The position numbers were made by a program, and so were the translations under genes. Positions 32,570 to 39,888 of a stretch of 44,512 nucleotides of DNA are shown piece after piece. How positions within the stretch are numbered: the first letter of the stretch is position 1; the number at the start of each line of letters is the position of its first letter. The notes under the pieces are model-generated. The model worked only from the letters and a program-made list of their open reading frames with translations, did not search any database and had not been told where the DNA came from. The DNA comes from a virus, in IMG/VR virus record IMGVR_UViG_3300048851_000084, positions 1 to 44,512 of that record; one strand, 5' to 3'.

Positions 32570-34201
32570 ATGTTTCAGATTGATAACGACACGTCGTCGC
32601 AGAACATGCCGGCGCCGACAGCGGCGGGCATCCCGGGGTTTTTCGTCGACGGGGATCCGGCAAAGGGTATCCCGGCCACGATCCTGCCGGCTGAGTTTAT
32701 GAATATGTTGATGATGGAATACATCAACGTAGTGAAATCGGCCGGGCTCAAGCCAAGCAAGGCCGATTACACGCAACTGGCGCAGGCGCTGCCGCTGCTG
32801 ATCAGCAAACTGGCGACGGTGGACTGGTCCAAGGTGACCAACGTTCCGGCCGACCTGGTGCATGCCAACACGACCCCGGTTTTTGGCGGGCTGGAGCTGA
32901 ATTCCGGTACGCCTTACATTGATTTTCACTTTGGCAACGATGCCAGCGACTACAACCTGCGCTTGATCAACAACGCCGACGGCAACCTGGCGTTGATGAA
33001 CAAGGCCGGCACCGTCTTATGGAACGCGAAAGCCTCAATTTTTGACATTGGGGTGCCGGCCCTGATGCGCAAGGGCCTGTCGCTGCTGTCCCAGGGCGCT
33101 GGCATGTCGCTGGCCCTCAACAGCGCCGACGGCACCCTGACGCGGTTTGCGATCAACCACACGGACGCCAGCTTTGCCCTTTGTACGTTCACCGATGCCG
33201 GGGCCTATGCGTCGTCAGTGGTGACGGTCAACCGAGCGACCCGCCAGGTCGTACTGAGTGGCGGCCTGGAGGTCAGCGGCGCGGCTCTGCTGGATTCGTC
33301 GCTGGAGGTCAAGGGCGGCACCGTCCTGGACGCGACGCTGGAGGTCAAAGGCGCGGCGGTGATGGACACCACGCTGGAGGTCAAAGGCGCGACAACGCTG
33401 GACTCGACGCTACAGGTCAAAGGCGGCGCTGTGATCGGGACCACCTTCGAGGTCAAAGGCGTGGTCCAGCTGGACAGCACGCTGGACGTGTTAGGCGGCA
33501 CCACTCTGCGCAGCAACGTAAACGTAGGGGGTGCGCTGGGCTGTAGTGCGTCAGTAACCGCCGCGAATAACGTGGTCGCGGGTGTCAGCGTCTATGCGGG
33601 CATGGCCAACATGACGTCCAACGTCTTGCACATGCAATGCAACGACGCGGGCAACACGGGCAACGTGCATCTGTGGCTGTACAACTACGACGGCACCGAA
33701 CGCGCGCTGATCTATGGCGACAGTTCGGGGGCCCTGCATTTCCGCGCGAACGGCCAGGCCGACAGTCTGGTACTGGCCAGTAATGGAGGCGCCGTCTTCA
33801 AAGCCACGTTAACGGCGGCGGCGCGCGTCCAGGGCGGCGACCTGTTGAGCCAGGGCAATCTGTACCTGGGCGGCGGGGCCACCGTGATGCAGTCCGACGC
33901 CAACATCAGCGGCTCGGTGTGGGGCGGTTACCTGTCCACCTACCTGACAAACACTTATGTCACGCGCACCAACCTGCCCGGCGACCTGGCGGTTTACGCC
34001 GGCAACTGCGGCGCCGTGGGGACCTACGCCTACCTGCGCAATAACTCGCCGACCAACATCGCCCCGGGCGGCCTGATCGCAGGTTCCAGCCTGGCCTACT
34101 CCGACTCCGACGAAAACCAAAACGGCGCCCCTGCGGGCACCTGGCGCGCCATGGGCTGGGGCACGTCCGCCAACTGTTCCATGTACATGCGTATTTCCTA
34201 A
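32570..34201 (+). CDS. tail fibre protein (543 aa)
   Basis: Conserved fibre N-terminus GIPGFFVDGDPAKGIPATILPAEFMNMLMMEYINVVKSAGL plus 12-aa beta-repeats. Confidence 0.75.
   Translation: MFQIDNDTSSQNMPAPTAAGIPGFFVDGDPAKGIPATILPAEFMNMLMMEYINVVKSAGLKPSKADYTQLAQALPLLISKLATVDWSKVTNVPADLVHANTTPVFGGLELNSGTPYIDFHFGNDASDYNLRLINNADGNLALMNKAGTVLWNAKASIFDIGVPALMRKGLSLLSQGAGMSLALNSADGTLTRFAINHTDASFALCTFTDAGAYASSVVTVNRATRQVVLSGGLEVSGAALLDSSLEVKGGTVLDATLEVKGAAVMDTTLEVKGATTLDSTLQVKGGAVIGTTFEVKGVVQLDSTLDVLGGTTLRSNVNVGGALGCSASVTAANNVVAGVSVYAGMANMTSNVLHMQCNDAGNTGNVHLWLYNYDGTERALIYGDSSGALHFRANGQADSLVLASNGGAVFKATLTAAARVQGGDLLSQGNLYLGGGATVMQSDANISGSVWGGYLSTYLTNTYVTRTNLPGDLAVYAGNCGAVGTYAYLRNNSPTNIAPGGLIAGSSLAYSDSDENQNGAPAGTWRAMGWGTSANCSMYMRIS
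33263..33514 (+). repeat. Seven tandem 36-bp (12-aa) repeats inside the tail fibre gene
   Basis: xLEVKGxxxLDx units phased at 33266, 33302, 33338, 33374, 33410, 33446 and 33482. Confidence 0.85.
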
Positions 34202-34218
34202 TTCCCGGAGTAAAGAGC

Positions 34219-34875
34219 ATGACCGATACCACCACCGACACCCCCGAAACCGTCGACACTGTGGCCGCCCCGGGCACCGTAGACGCCGTCGAGACCCGTG
34301 ACGCCGCCGATACGGCGGACACCAGCGAACACGACGCACTGGTGGCCCAAATGGCCGAAAACGACGCCAAGGTCGCGGCCACCTTGGCCGCTGCCCAGGC
34401 GCAAGCCGCCCAGGAGAAAGCCCCCGGCCTGGTCTACACGGCGGTTGCGGATCTGCACTACGCCAACGCGCAAAAGACCGTGATCAATGCCAACGTGACG
34501 TTTGAAGGGCTGGGCGTACTGCCGTTTAGCTGCACCGCGAACGACGTGGAGGCCCATGGCCAGGAGCTGTACGCCAGGGCGGTGGCCGGCGACTTCGGCG
34601 AGATTGCGCCGTATGCCGCGCCGGCCGCCACCGAGGAAAGCGCGCGCACCTGGCGCGACGCGGAGATTGTCGCCAGCCAGTGGCTAGTCGAGCGCCACCG
34701 CGACCAGGTCGATTCGGGCGTGGCCACCACGCTGACCGCTGCGCAATATTCCGCCCTGCTGGTCTACCGGCAAAAGCTGCGCGACTGGCCCACCGCCTCG
34801 GGCTTTCCGGCCGATGCGACGCGCCCGGTCGCACCTGACTGGCTGGCTGCTGCCCAGGTCGCCGAATCCGTGTGA
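34219..34875 (+). CDS. tail fibre assembly chaperone (218 aa)
   Basis: C-terminal YSALLVYRQKLRDWPTASGFPADATRPVAPDWL resembles the Caudo_TAP family. Confidence 0.65.
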   Translation: MTDTTTDTPETVDTVAAPGTVDAVETRDAADTADTSEHDALVAQMAENDAKVAATLAAAQAQAAQEKAPGLVYTAVADLHYANAQKTVINANVTFEGLGVLPFSCTANDVEAHGQELYARAVAGDFGEIAPYAAPAATEESARTWRDAEIVASQWLVERHRDQVDSGVATTLTAAQYSALLVYRQKLRDWPTASGFPADATRPVAPDWLAAAQVAESV

Positions 34876-34883
34876 CGCGTCAC
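34872..34883. repeat. GTGAC-GC-GTCAC perfect 12-bp palindrome containing the stop codon of the last late gene
   Basis: Read directly from the sequence. Confidence 0.9.
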
Positions 34884-34925
34884 GACCCCGCTTGACCCCC
34901 CTTCCCTGTATCCCCGAGGTATCCC

Positions 34926-35507
34926 ATGTTTCTCTCTTTGCCGCGCGCCCTGGCGCAGTGGGTGTTTCTGTTCGTCTGCAATGTGGTCCTGGTGCTGCTG
35001 GGCCTGGTGATCGTCGCCCTGGCGATCCCCTGCCGCGTCCCTGGGGTGTCCGTCAGTGATGGCCGCCCTATCGTCAACCTGCCGCGCTGGGCCTGGCTGT
35101 GGGGCAACGATTACGACGGGTTGACCGGCGACAAGCACGGCACCTGGGCAGCGTCCACGCCGTTTGGCTGGCCGGCTGATTCCTATGGCGCGATGTACGT
35201 GTGGGCCGCGCTGCGCAACCCGGTCAACAACATGCGTCAGACGTCGTTGTTTTCCTGCCCGGTGGCCAGCTGCACGATCACCGGCTATGGCCAGGACTAC
35301 GTCCGCGACCACGACGGGCAAGCCGGCTGGCAACTGGTGATCGCCAAGCGCGGTTTGCGCCGCTGGTACGGTTTCTATTGGGTCCACCAGTGGAGCGCCA
35401 CCCGCGCCCTGGTGGTGCGCCTGGGCTACAAGATCACCAAGGCCGACCAGGGCCAGGCTGAGGTGATCGGCATGACGACCAAAATCAATCTGTTCAAGTC
35501 GATCTAG
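34926..35507 (+). CDS. N-terminally anchored membrane protein of unknown function (193 aa), moron candidate
   Basis: GAGG RBS; TM WVFLFVCNVVLVLLGLVIVALAI; Trp-rich soluble domain. Confidence 0.5.
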   Translation: MFLSLPRALAQWVFLFVCNVVLVLLGLVIVALAIPCRVPGVSVSDGRPIVNLPRWAWLWGNDYDGLTGDKHGTWAASTPFGWPADSYGAMYVWAALRNPVNNMRQTSLFSCPVASCTITGYGQDYVRDHDGQAGWQLVIAKRGLRRWYGFYWVHQWSATRALVVRLGYKITKADQGQAEVIGMTTKINLFKSI

Positions 35508-35865
35508 GCCCGCCCGGGCCGCCTGGCGTGCCTTTCGATGGCCGGCAACGACCCGCAAGGCGCCGCCAGGTTCATGTAAACGAAACGATTTGTTTGCCCG
35601 ATCGGAGTTTTCGGGAGTAGGATTCGGGGAATAACTCTCTGATACGCCCGGCAAAAATCTTGCTGCGCGAGGTTGTCCATGCGAGTGCCGAAGCGACGCG
35701 CGGCACACCCAAAAGGCGACTGGCAGAAAAAAGAGGTTTAAAAAAAGTAAACTTTTAGATGCGTTCTAGTTAAATGAACGCTAAGATTGACGCCATCAAG
35801 ACGCCTGGAACGGCGCATAAATGGCGATAAAAGCCATAAAAAACAGGACTTTAGCTTCGCAGAAA

Positions 35866-35905
35866 AGAAAAAACCCCAGGGCCGGCAAGCCTTGAGGTTT
35901 TTGGG
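35866..35905. terminator. Bidirectional terminator-like hairpin about 90 bp upstream of rep
   Basis: A-run, then ACCCCAGGGC-cggcaa-GCCTTGAGGT (9/10 pairs including G-U), then T5. Confidence 0.45.
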
Positions 35906-35988
35906 GTCAACCGCACAAAACTCATGCAACTAACCGGTGATAAGGTTTGAGTTTATGCGTGTAGGCCCACTGATGCAAGCGCAGACAG

Positions 35989-36996
35989 TTGGGGATCTAC
36001 ATGCACGGCTTAACCGAGCCTGCGCCCGCGCCCATTTTGCGATGGGGCAAGCGCGCGTATGGCTATCATGGCAGCAACCTGGGAACAGGTAACCGCTGCA
36101 ACCACGACCCGGAATCGCTGGCCGTCATGCGCCTGGCGCTGCCGTCCACCAAGGACGGGTTTCGGGTCAAGATCCTCGACACCCTCATTAAAAAGGCGCA
36201 AGCCTACTTCCTCGACCCTGAGTCTGTGCCCCTGCTGGCCTACCTGGACAAGAAGAAGAACCGCGACGGCTCCTATCGTCAAAATCGCAGTGAAGGCCGT
36301 GAGGCGCAATCGCTGGTCATGTGCGCGATCTTTGCAGCGCTCGACCTCAAGTCGTTGCGCGTCGGCACCTATACCCTGCGCGGTGAGTTTAAAAACCTGT
36401 CGTTCGACGAGCTGGCCCGCCGTTGCGGCCTGACCAAGCCGAGCAAGGATCCTGCACAGCCTGAGCCCGTGGCGTCTAGCCGGTTCTGGCGCGCCATTGC
36501 CTGGCTAAAACGCGCCGGCGTGATCGAGGTTTTCGAGCAGTACGAGGAAACCACCGACGGCAAGCGCGGCCGGCCCGCGATCAAGACCGTGAGCCAGGCG
36601 TTTATCAGGACCCTGGGCAAGTTCACGCGCAACGCGTTGAAGACAGCCCGCGACAAGGCCCACCAGAAGGTCACCAAGTTTCTAAACGGCGCCGTCTTGG
36701 GCGGCGTGCTGAGCAAGGCCGAAGACGAGCAATTGACGCATGAGCTGCAACAGGAATCCATGCGCAAGCAGATGCGCCAGGCCCCTACGCTGAAAAACCA
36801 GCGGCCTAAGACAGTCCCGCGCGACAACGACACGACCGCCCTGAAAAACGATTACAAGGCCTACACCGTCGCCCTGATGGAGCGGATCAGTAGCGGCCTG
36901 GGCCGTCCTGTACGCGGTCTGGCGGAAAGCCAGCGATTGTTTAAGGAATTCGGCGGCCTGTCTGAGCCTGAATGGCTGCTGAGGCGCACCGAGTAA
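35989..36996 (+). CDS. repA: plasmid replication initiator, IncFII RepA-like (335 aa; alternative ATG at 36001)
   Basis: RSEGREAQSLVMCAIFAALD...LSFDELARRCGLTK...SRFWRAIAWLKRAGVIEVFEQYEE...GRPAIKTVSQAFIRTLG parallels the IncFII_repA family layout. Confidence 0.65.
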   Translation: MGIYMHGLTEPAPAPILRWGKRAYGYHGSNLGTGNRCNHDPESLAVMRLALPSTKDGFRVKILDTLIKKAQAYFLDPESVPLLAYLDKKKNRDGSYRQNRSEGREAQSLVMCAIFAALDLKSLRVGTYTLRGEFKNLSFDELARRCGLTKPSKDPAQPEPVASSRFWRAIAWLKRAGVIEVFEQYEETTDGKRGRPAIKTVSQAFIRTLGKFTRNALKTARDKAHQKVTKFLNGAVLGGVLSKAEDEQLTHELQQESMRKQMRQAPTLKNQRPKTVPRDNDTTALKNDYKAYTVALMERISSGLGRPVRGLAESQRLFKEFGGLSEPEWLLRRTE

Positions 36997-37203
36997 CACC
37001 CCCGCCACACCTCCCCGCAACACTCTCCCCGAAGCCTCGGGCGGCCCACTGTGGCCGCGCCGGGGCTTTCCTGCGCCTGGCGCCCTGTCGCGCCCTTCCC
37101 TGCCCCTTAAAACAGCTCAAATCGAGCCCTGGCGGCGCCTAAATCACCCCTGTTTTGCCCCAAGCAGCACGCACCTGGCGCCGAGCGCCGCACCCCTGGA
37201 AAT

Positions 37204-37254
37204 TTAAGTGGGACCCCCAATTATTAAGTGGGTCCATAGTTGGTTTAAGTAGTG
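37204..37254 (+). repeat. Three direct iteron-like repeats TTAAGTGGG / TTAAGTGGG / TTAAGTAGTG spaced 20-21 bp apart
   Basis: Copies at 37204, 37224 and 37245; followed by a T-rich stretch. Confidence 0.6.
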
Positions 37255-37273
37255 AGTGTTCTTTTCCCTTTTA

Positions 37274-37840
37274 GCTTCTGAGAAGCGGGCGGCACGCCTG
37301 CGGCCTGCCTTTTTAATGCCTCGGCAAGCCGAGACCTGCCTATCTCGCCTGGGCTTGCCCAGGCAACGAGGCCGCCCGCAGTTCGTGCCTACGGCACGGC
37401 GGGACGATGGGTTTTAAAGCCTGCCGCCGCCGTTCCGTCAGTGAGGCGCGTTCCACTCCTTGCGCGCCGGAGAACGTCCGCGCAAGACCTCACAGCCGGC
37501 GCACCGGCACTACAGTCGATCACGCGCCGGCCGTTGGCCTGGTAGGTCGCTACGCTCCCGGTAAACAGTGAAGGGGGTGGCCCTGCCTTGCGCGTATGCC
37601 TGCAAGCCCGCCAGCGCCGTTTTGGACGGTTTAGCGTTGCTGGCCAGGTCTGCGCATGCCTGCACGATTCGCGGCCGTGCGAGCCCCTGGCGGCCTTCGG
37701 CCGCTCGGCGACCGCAATTCGCCGTCGACGTCCGCGCGAACGCGTCACGGCGGTGGGTGCGGCCGCGCCTGGATCCGCGCCGGGCCAGGTTTACGGGCCG
37801 GCTGCGCCGCGAGCATCGAGGACAAACATTTTACGCTGGC
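37274..37840. other. ORF-poor, dyad-rich GC-rich segment (putative origin/ssi region or structured RNA)
   Basis: Nested perfect stems, e.g. 37285-37293/37371-37379 enclosing the hairpins 37320-37333 and 37347-37364, and 37441-37446/37488-37493 enclosing 37459-37466/37479-37486. Only Arg-rich shadow ORFs are present. Confidence 0.4.
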
Positions 37841-37870
37841 TATGTTTGTAGATTTGTAGAAATGTAGTAG
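37840..37870. promoter_or_regulatory. GTAG tetramer-box array upstream of CDS 37921
   Basis: GTAG attt GTAG aaat GTAG at 37848/37856/37864. Confidence 0.7.
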
Positions 37871-37920
37871 CCTGCTGGCTCCCTAGTTGTGATCTGTCAC
37901 GCCCCTGGAGCCCCTGCGCA

Positions 37921-38457
37921 ATGATTGACCCGAACGACAAACGCACCCTGGACCTGGTCGAAATGGCCAGCGGTCGACCTGCCCGGCCGTTGGCCGAGCT
38001 GATCGAGGCCAGCGCCCTGGCCGCTGCGCCCGATGATGACGACGAGGCCGATTCCGGCCCGATGGATCCGGCCGCCCGCCAGCGCCGGATGCGCGCCAGG
38101 CGCAAAGCTCTGGGCAAAAAAGCGGTTTGGCTGACCGATGTAGAACGCCTGGCCATCCAATGCGCGCTGGAACTGTTGCACGCGATCCCGGCCCCGGGCC
38201 TGGCGGCGACACTGGACGCGGCGCTGCAAGCGGTGACCCCTGGCGCGATCTGGCCGGAATCGGCCGCACCTGCCCCGCGCGTCGAAGGTGGCCAGCTGGA
38301 ACGACTGCGCGCACGGGTGGCGGATCTGGAGCAGGAAAACGAGCTGTGCATTGTCGAGCGCGGCCGGGCTTTCGAGGCCGTCCAGGTGCTACAGGCGCGG
38401 CTCCAACGTGCCGGCCTGCCCGCTGACTACCAGCGGCAGCCAGACGAGCCTAAATAG
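37921..38457 (+). CDS. hypothetical protein (178 aa) with an acidic linker and a C-terminal coiled coil
   Basis: ATG ORF directly downstream of a GTAG array. Confidence 0.5.
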   Translation: MIDPNDKRTLDLVEMASGRPARPLAELIEASALAAAPDDDDEADSGPMDPAARQRRMRARRKALGKKAVWLTDVERLAIQCALELLHAIPAPGLAATLDAALQAVTPGAIWPESAAPAPRVEGGQLERLRARVADLEQENELCIVERGRAFEAVQVLQARLQRAGLPADYQRQPDEPK

Positions 38458-38486
38458 TTTTATAGAAATGTAGAAATGTAGAAATT
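38452..38486. promoter_or_regulatory. GTAG tetramer-box array upstream of CDS 38531
   Basis: ATAG tttt ATAG aaat GTAG aaat GTAG aaat at 38454/38462/38470/38478. Confidence 0.7.
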
Positions 38487-38530
38487 AAACCGGTAGGATG
38501 ACCCCACCAGCCCCCAAAGGAGTGTCACCC

Positions 38531-38899
38531 ATGAAAGCAACAATCACCCAACGCACTGAGCCGGTCGCCTGCCACTACGCGTTCGGCTTCCTGGACTCGG
38601 CCGGCCGCGAATACGGCATGGCGTCACTGTGCTGGGAAGTCGAGGTAACCGAGCAAGTCGAAAAAACGGGCGTCTACTACACGTCGTTCGATGCCCCCGG
38701 CCATTATTTCGCGGCAAGCACTCAAGCCACCCGCGACGGAAAAAGCTACGGCGCATCGCAAGACAGCCGCTATTTCAAGACCGAAGAGGAACGCGAGGCG
38801 TACCTGGCCCGCCGCAAGTCCGACAGCCTCAAGGCCGCTGAGAAAAAGGGCATTCCGCGCAAAGTAAATTTACGTTTAACTATTAATGTAGAAATGTAG
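38531..38899 (+). CDS. hypothetical protein (122 aa)
   Basis: AAGGAG RBS 8 nt before the ATG. Its last codons and stop (aat gta gaa atg tag) lie within the next GTAG array. Confidence 0.5.
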   Translation: MKATITQRTEPVACHYAFGFLDSAGREYGMASLCWEVEVTEQVEKTGVYYTSFDAPGHYFAASTQATRDGKSYGASQDSRYFKTEEEREAYLARRKSDSLKAAEKKGIPRKVNLRLTINVEM

Positions 38900-38907
38900 A
38901 TTTCTAC
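38885..38907. promoter_or_regulatory. GTAG tetramer-box array with one inverted box
   Basis: GTAG aaat GTAG attt CTAC at 38888/38896/38904; abuts the -35 of the next promoter. Confidence 0.7.
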
Positions 38908-38936
38908 TTGCACGCCGTACCCAAAGGGTACACAAT
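38908..38936 (+). promoter_or_regulatory. Putative promoter of tail-anchored peptide gene 1
   Basis: TTGCAC-17 nt-CACAAT. The spacer contains the hairpin GTACCC-aaa-GGGTAC. Confidence 0.45.
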
Positions 38937-38990
38937 ACAACCCATGGGAAGCGCGAAGGGCGCGGCCCAAGCCCCAAAGGAAGGTTGAAC

Positions 38991-39188
38991 ATGCTGGACA
39001 ATCGCGAAGCACTGGAACTGGAAAAGCTACAGGTTGAGATTCAAAAATTCATGGCTGAAAGCCGCAAGCTGAACGCCGAGGCGCGTAAGCTCAAACGGGA
39101 ATCCGACTGGTATCCGTTTGCAGCGGGGGCGGGTCTGGTCACTGCCATCGTGGCGCTGCTGACAGTCTTCGTGAAGTTCGTCAGCTGA
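38991..39188 (+). CDS. small C-tail-anchored membrane protein, paralogue 1 (65 aa)
   Basis: AAGGAAGG RBS; charged helical N-terminus; C-terminal WYPFAAGAGLVTAIVALLTVFVKFVS. Confidence 0.55.
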   Translation: MLDNREALELEKLQVEIQKFMAESRKLNAEARKLKRESDWYPFAAGAGLVTAIVALLTVFVKFVS

Positions 39189-39194
39189 TCCACC

Positions 39195-39214
39195 GGCCCC
39201 GCGAAAGCGGGGCC
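39195..39214 (+). terminator. 8-bp GC stem with a GAAA tetraloop (no U-tract) after paralogue 1
   Basis: GGCCCCGC-gaaa-GCGGGGCC. Confidence 0.4.
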
Positions 39215-39235
39215 ACTGTCGCCCGTCGTGCCGGC

Positions 39236-39264
39236 TTGTCATTTGCCCGCGTCGGGGGCACATT
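39236..39264 (+). promoter_or_regulatory. Putative promoter of tail-anchored peptide gene 2
   Basis: TTGTCA-17 nt-CACATT; same geometry and leader length as 38908-38936. Confidence 0.4.
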
Positions 39265-39317
39265 AAGCCCAAGGGCGGCGCAACAGGCGCGGCCCGTACC
39301 TGAAAGGATGACCTGCT

Positions 39318-39500
39318 ATGAACAACGCACAAGCCAAACCGCTGGAGCAGCTGCACAGCGACGTCGCCGCCTTTAATGAAGAAATGCGCGAGGCGCGCCA
39401 GGCTTCGGCCGTGACCCGTAGCGGCCTGGTGCCGTTTGCCCTGGGCGCGATGTCCGCCCTGGCCACTTTCGGCGTGGTCGCCCTGCTGCTGAAAGTCTGA
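39318..39500 (+). CDS. small C-tail-anchored membrane protein, paralogue 2 (60 aa)
   Basis: Helical N-terminus; C-terminal LVPFALGAMSALATFGVVALLLKV shares PFAxGA with paralogue 1. Confidence 0.55.
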   Translation: MNNAQAKPLEQLHSDVAAFNEEMREARQASAVTRSGLVPFALGAMSALATFGVVALLLKV

Positions 39501-39517
39501 CCCCCCTTCCCCCTCAT

Positions 39518-39545
39518 AAGCCCCGCACCGGTCGGGGCTTTCTGG
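39518..39545 (+). terminator. Terminator-like hairpin after paralogue 2
   Basis: AAGCCCCG-caccggt-CGGGGCTT followed by TCTGGTT. Confidence 0.5.
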
Positions 39546-39552
39546 TTCCCCT

Positions 39553-39846
39553 ATGAAAAGAATTGCGCACTACACCCCGCCGTCACCGGCTGACCTTGCG
39601 CGTCTGAAATCTGACCTCAAGTTCACCAGCCCGCAAATGGCCGATCTGACCGGCTTGGCCCAGGGCGCTCACTGGCGCAAATACACGGGCGGCGCGACCC
39701 CGCGTGAAATGGGTGTTCACATGCACTTTTACCTGGCTGCGCTGCTGACCCTGAGTGACGACGAGCTGGCCAGGGTGGCCGCGACCATGCGCGAACACGG
39801 CGCGGATATTGAGTTAGGCCCCTTGCCCGCTGGGCCTTCGGCCTGA
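39553..39846 (+). CDS. putative XRE-like HTH protein (97 aa)
   Basis: LKFTSPQMADLTGLAQGAHWRKYTGG...REM...FYLAALL resembles short HTH regulators. Confidence 0.45.
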   Translation: MKRIAHYTPPSPADLARLKSDLKFTSPQMADLTGLAQGAHWRKYTGGATPREMGVHMHFYLAALLTLSDDELARVAATMREHGADIELGPLPAGPSA

Positions 39847-39847
39847 G

Positions 39848-39888
39848 CTAGGTTTGTAGCTTTGTAGAAATGTAGTCTTATTCTGTAG
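39848..39888. promoter_or_regulatory. GTAG tetramer-box array upstream of the UmuD'-like gene
   Basis: CTAG gttt GTAG cttt GTAG aaat GTAG at 39848/39856/39864/39872, plus an out-of-phase GTAG at 39885. Confidence 0.7.

Noticed and set aside
35747-35769. Degenerate GTAA/TTAG/CTAG boxes upstream of repA, considered as an eighth GTAG array.
   Set aside because: Only two boxes are in 8-bp phase and none is a perfect GTAG, so the site is too weak to call.
35738-35929. 63-aa minus-strand ORF in the AT-rich region upstream of repA.
   Set aside because: It has no RBS and an odd composition (Phe/Cys/Leu-rich), and it spans a terminator-like hairpin. It is more likely regulatory DNA or RNA.
37389-37867. 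Track ORFs 37389..37748 (-), 37568..37867 (+), 37588..37851 (+) and 37656..37859 (+), considered as genes filling the gap after repA.
   Set aside because: All three forward frames and a reverse frame are open simultaneously. The products are Arg/Pro/Ala-rich without motifs. Third-position GC in the forward frames I sampled was only about 68-75 percent over one 40-codon stretch. There are no RBSs. The region is treated as non-coding pending a proper coding-potential test.
38452-38486. GTAGAAAT tandem units, considered as a CRISPR array or minisatellite.
   Set aside because: The units are 8 bp with no spacers and at most four per locus, and always sit in promoter-proximal positions. This fits operator/centromere boxes, not CRISPR.
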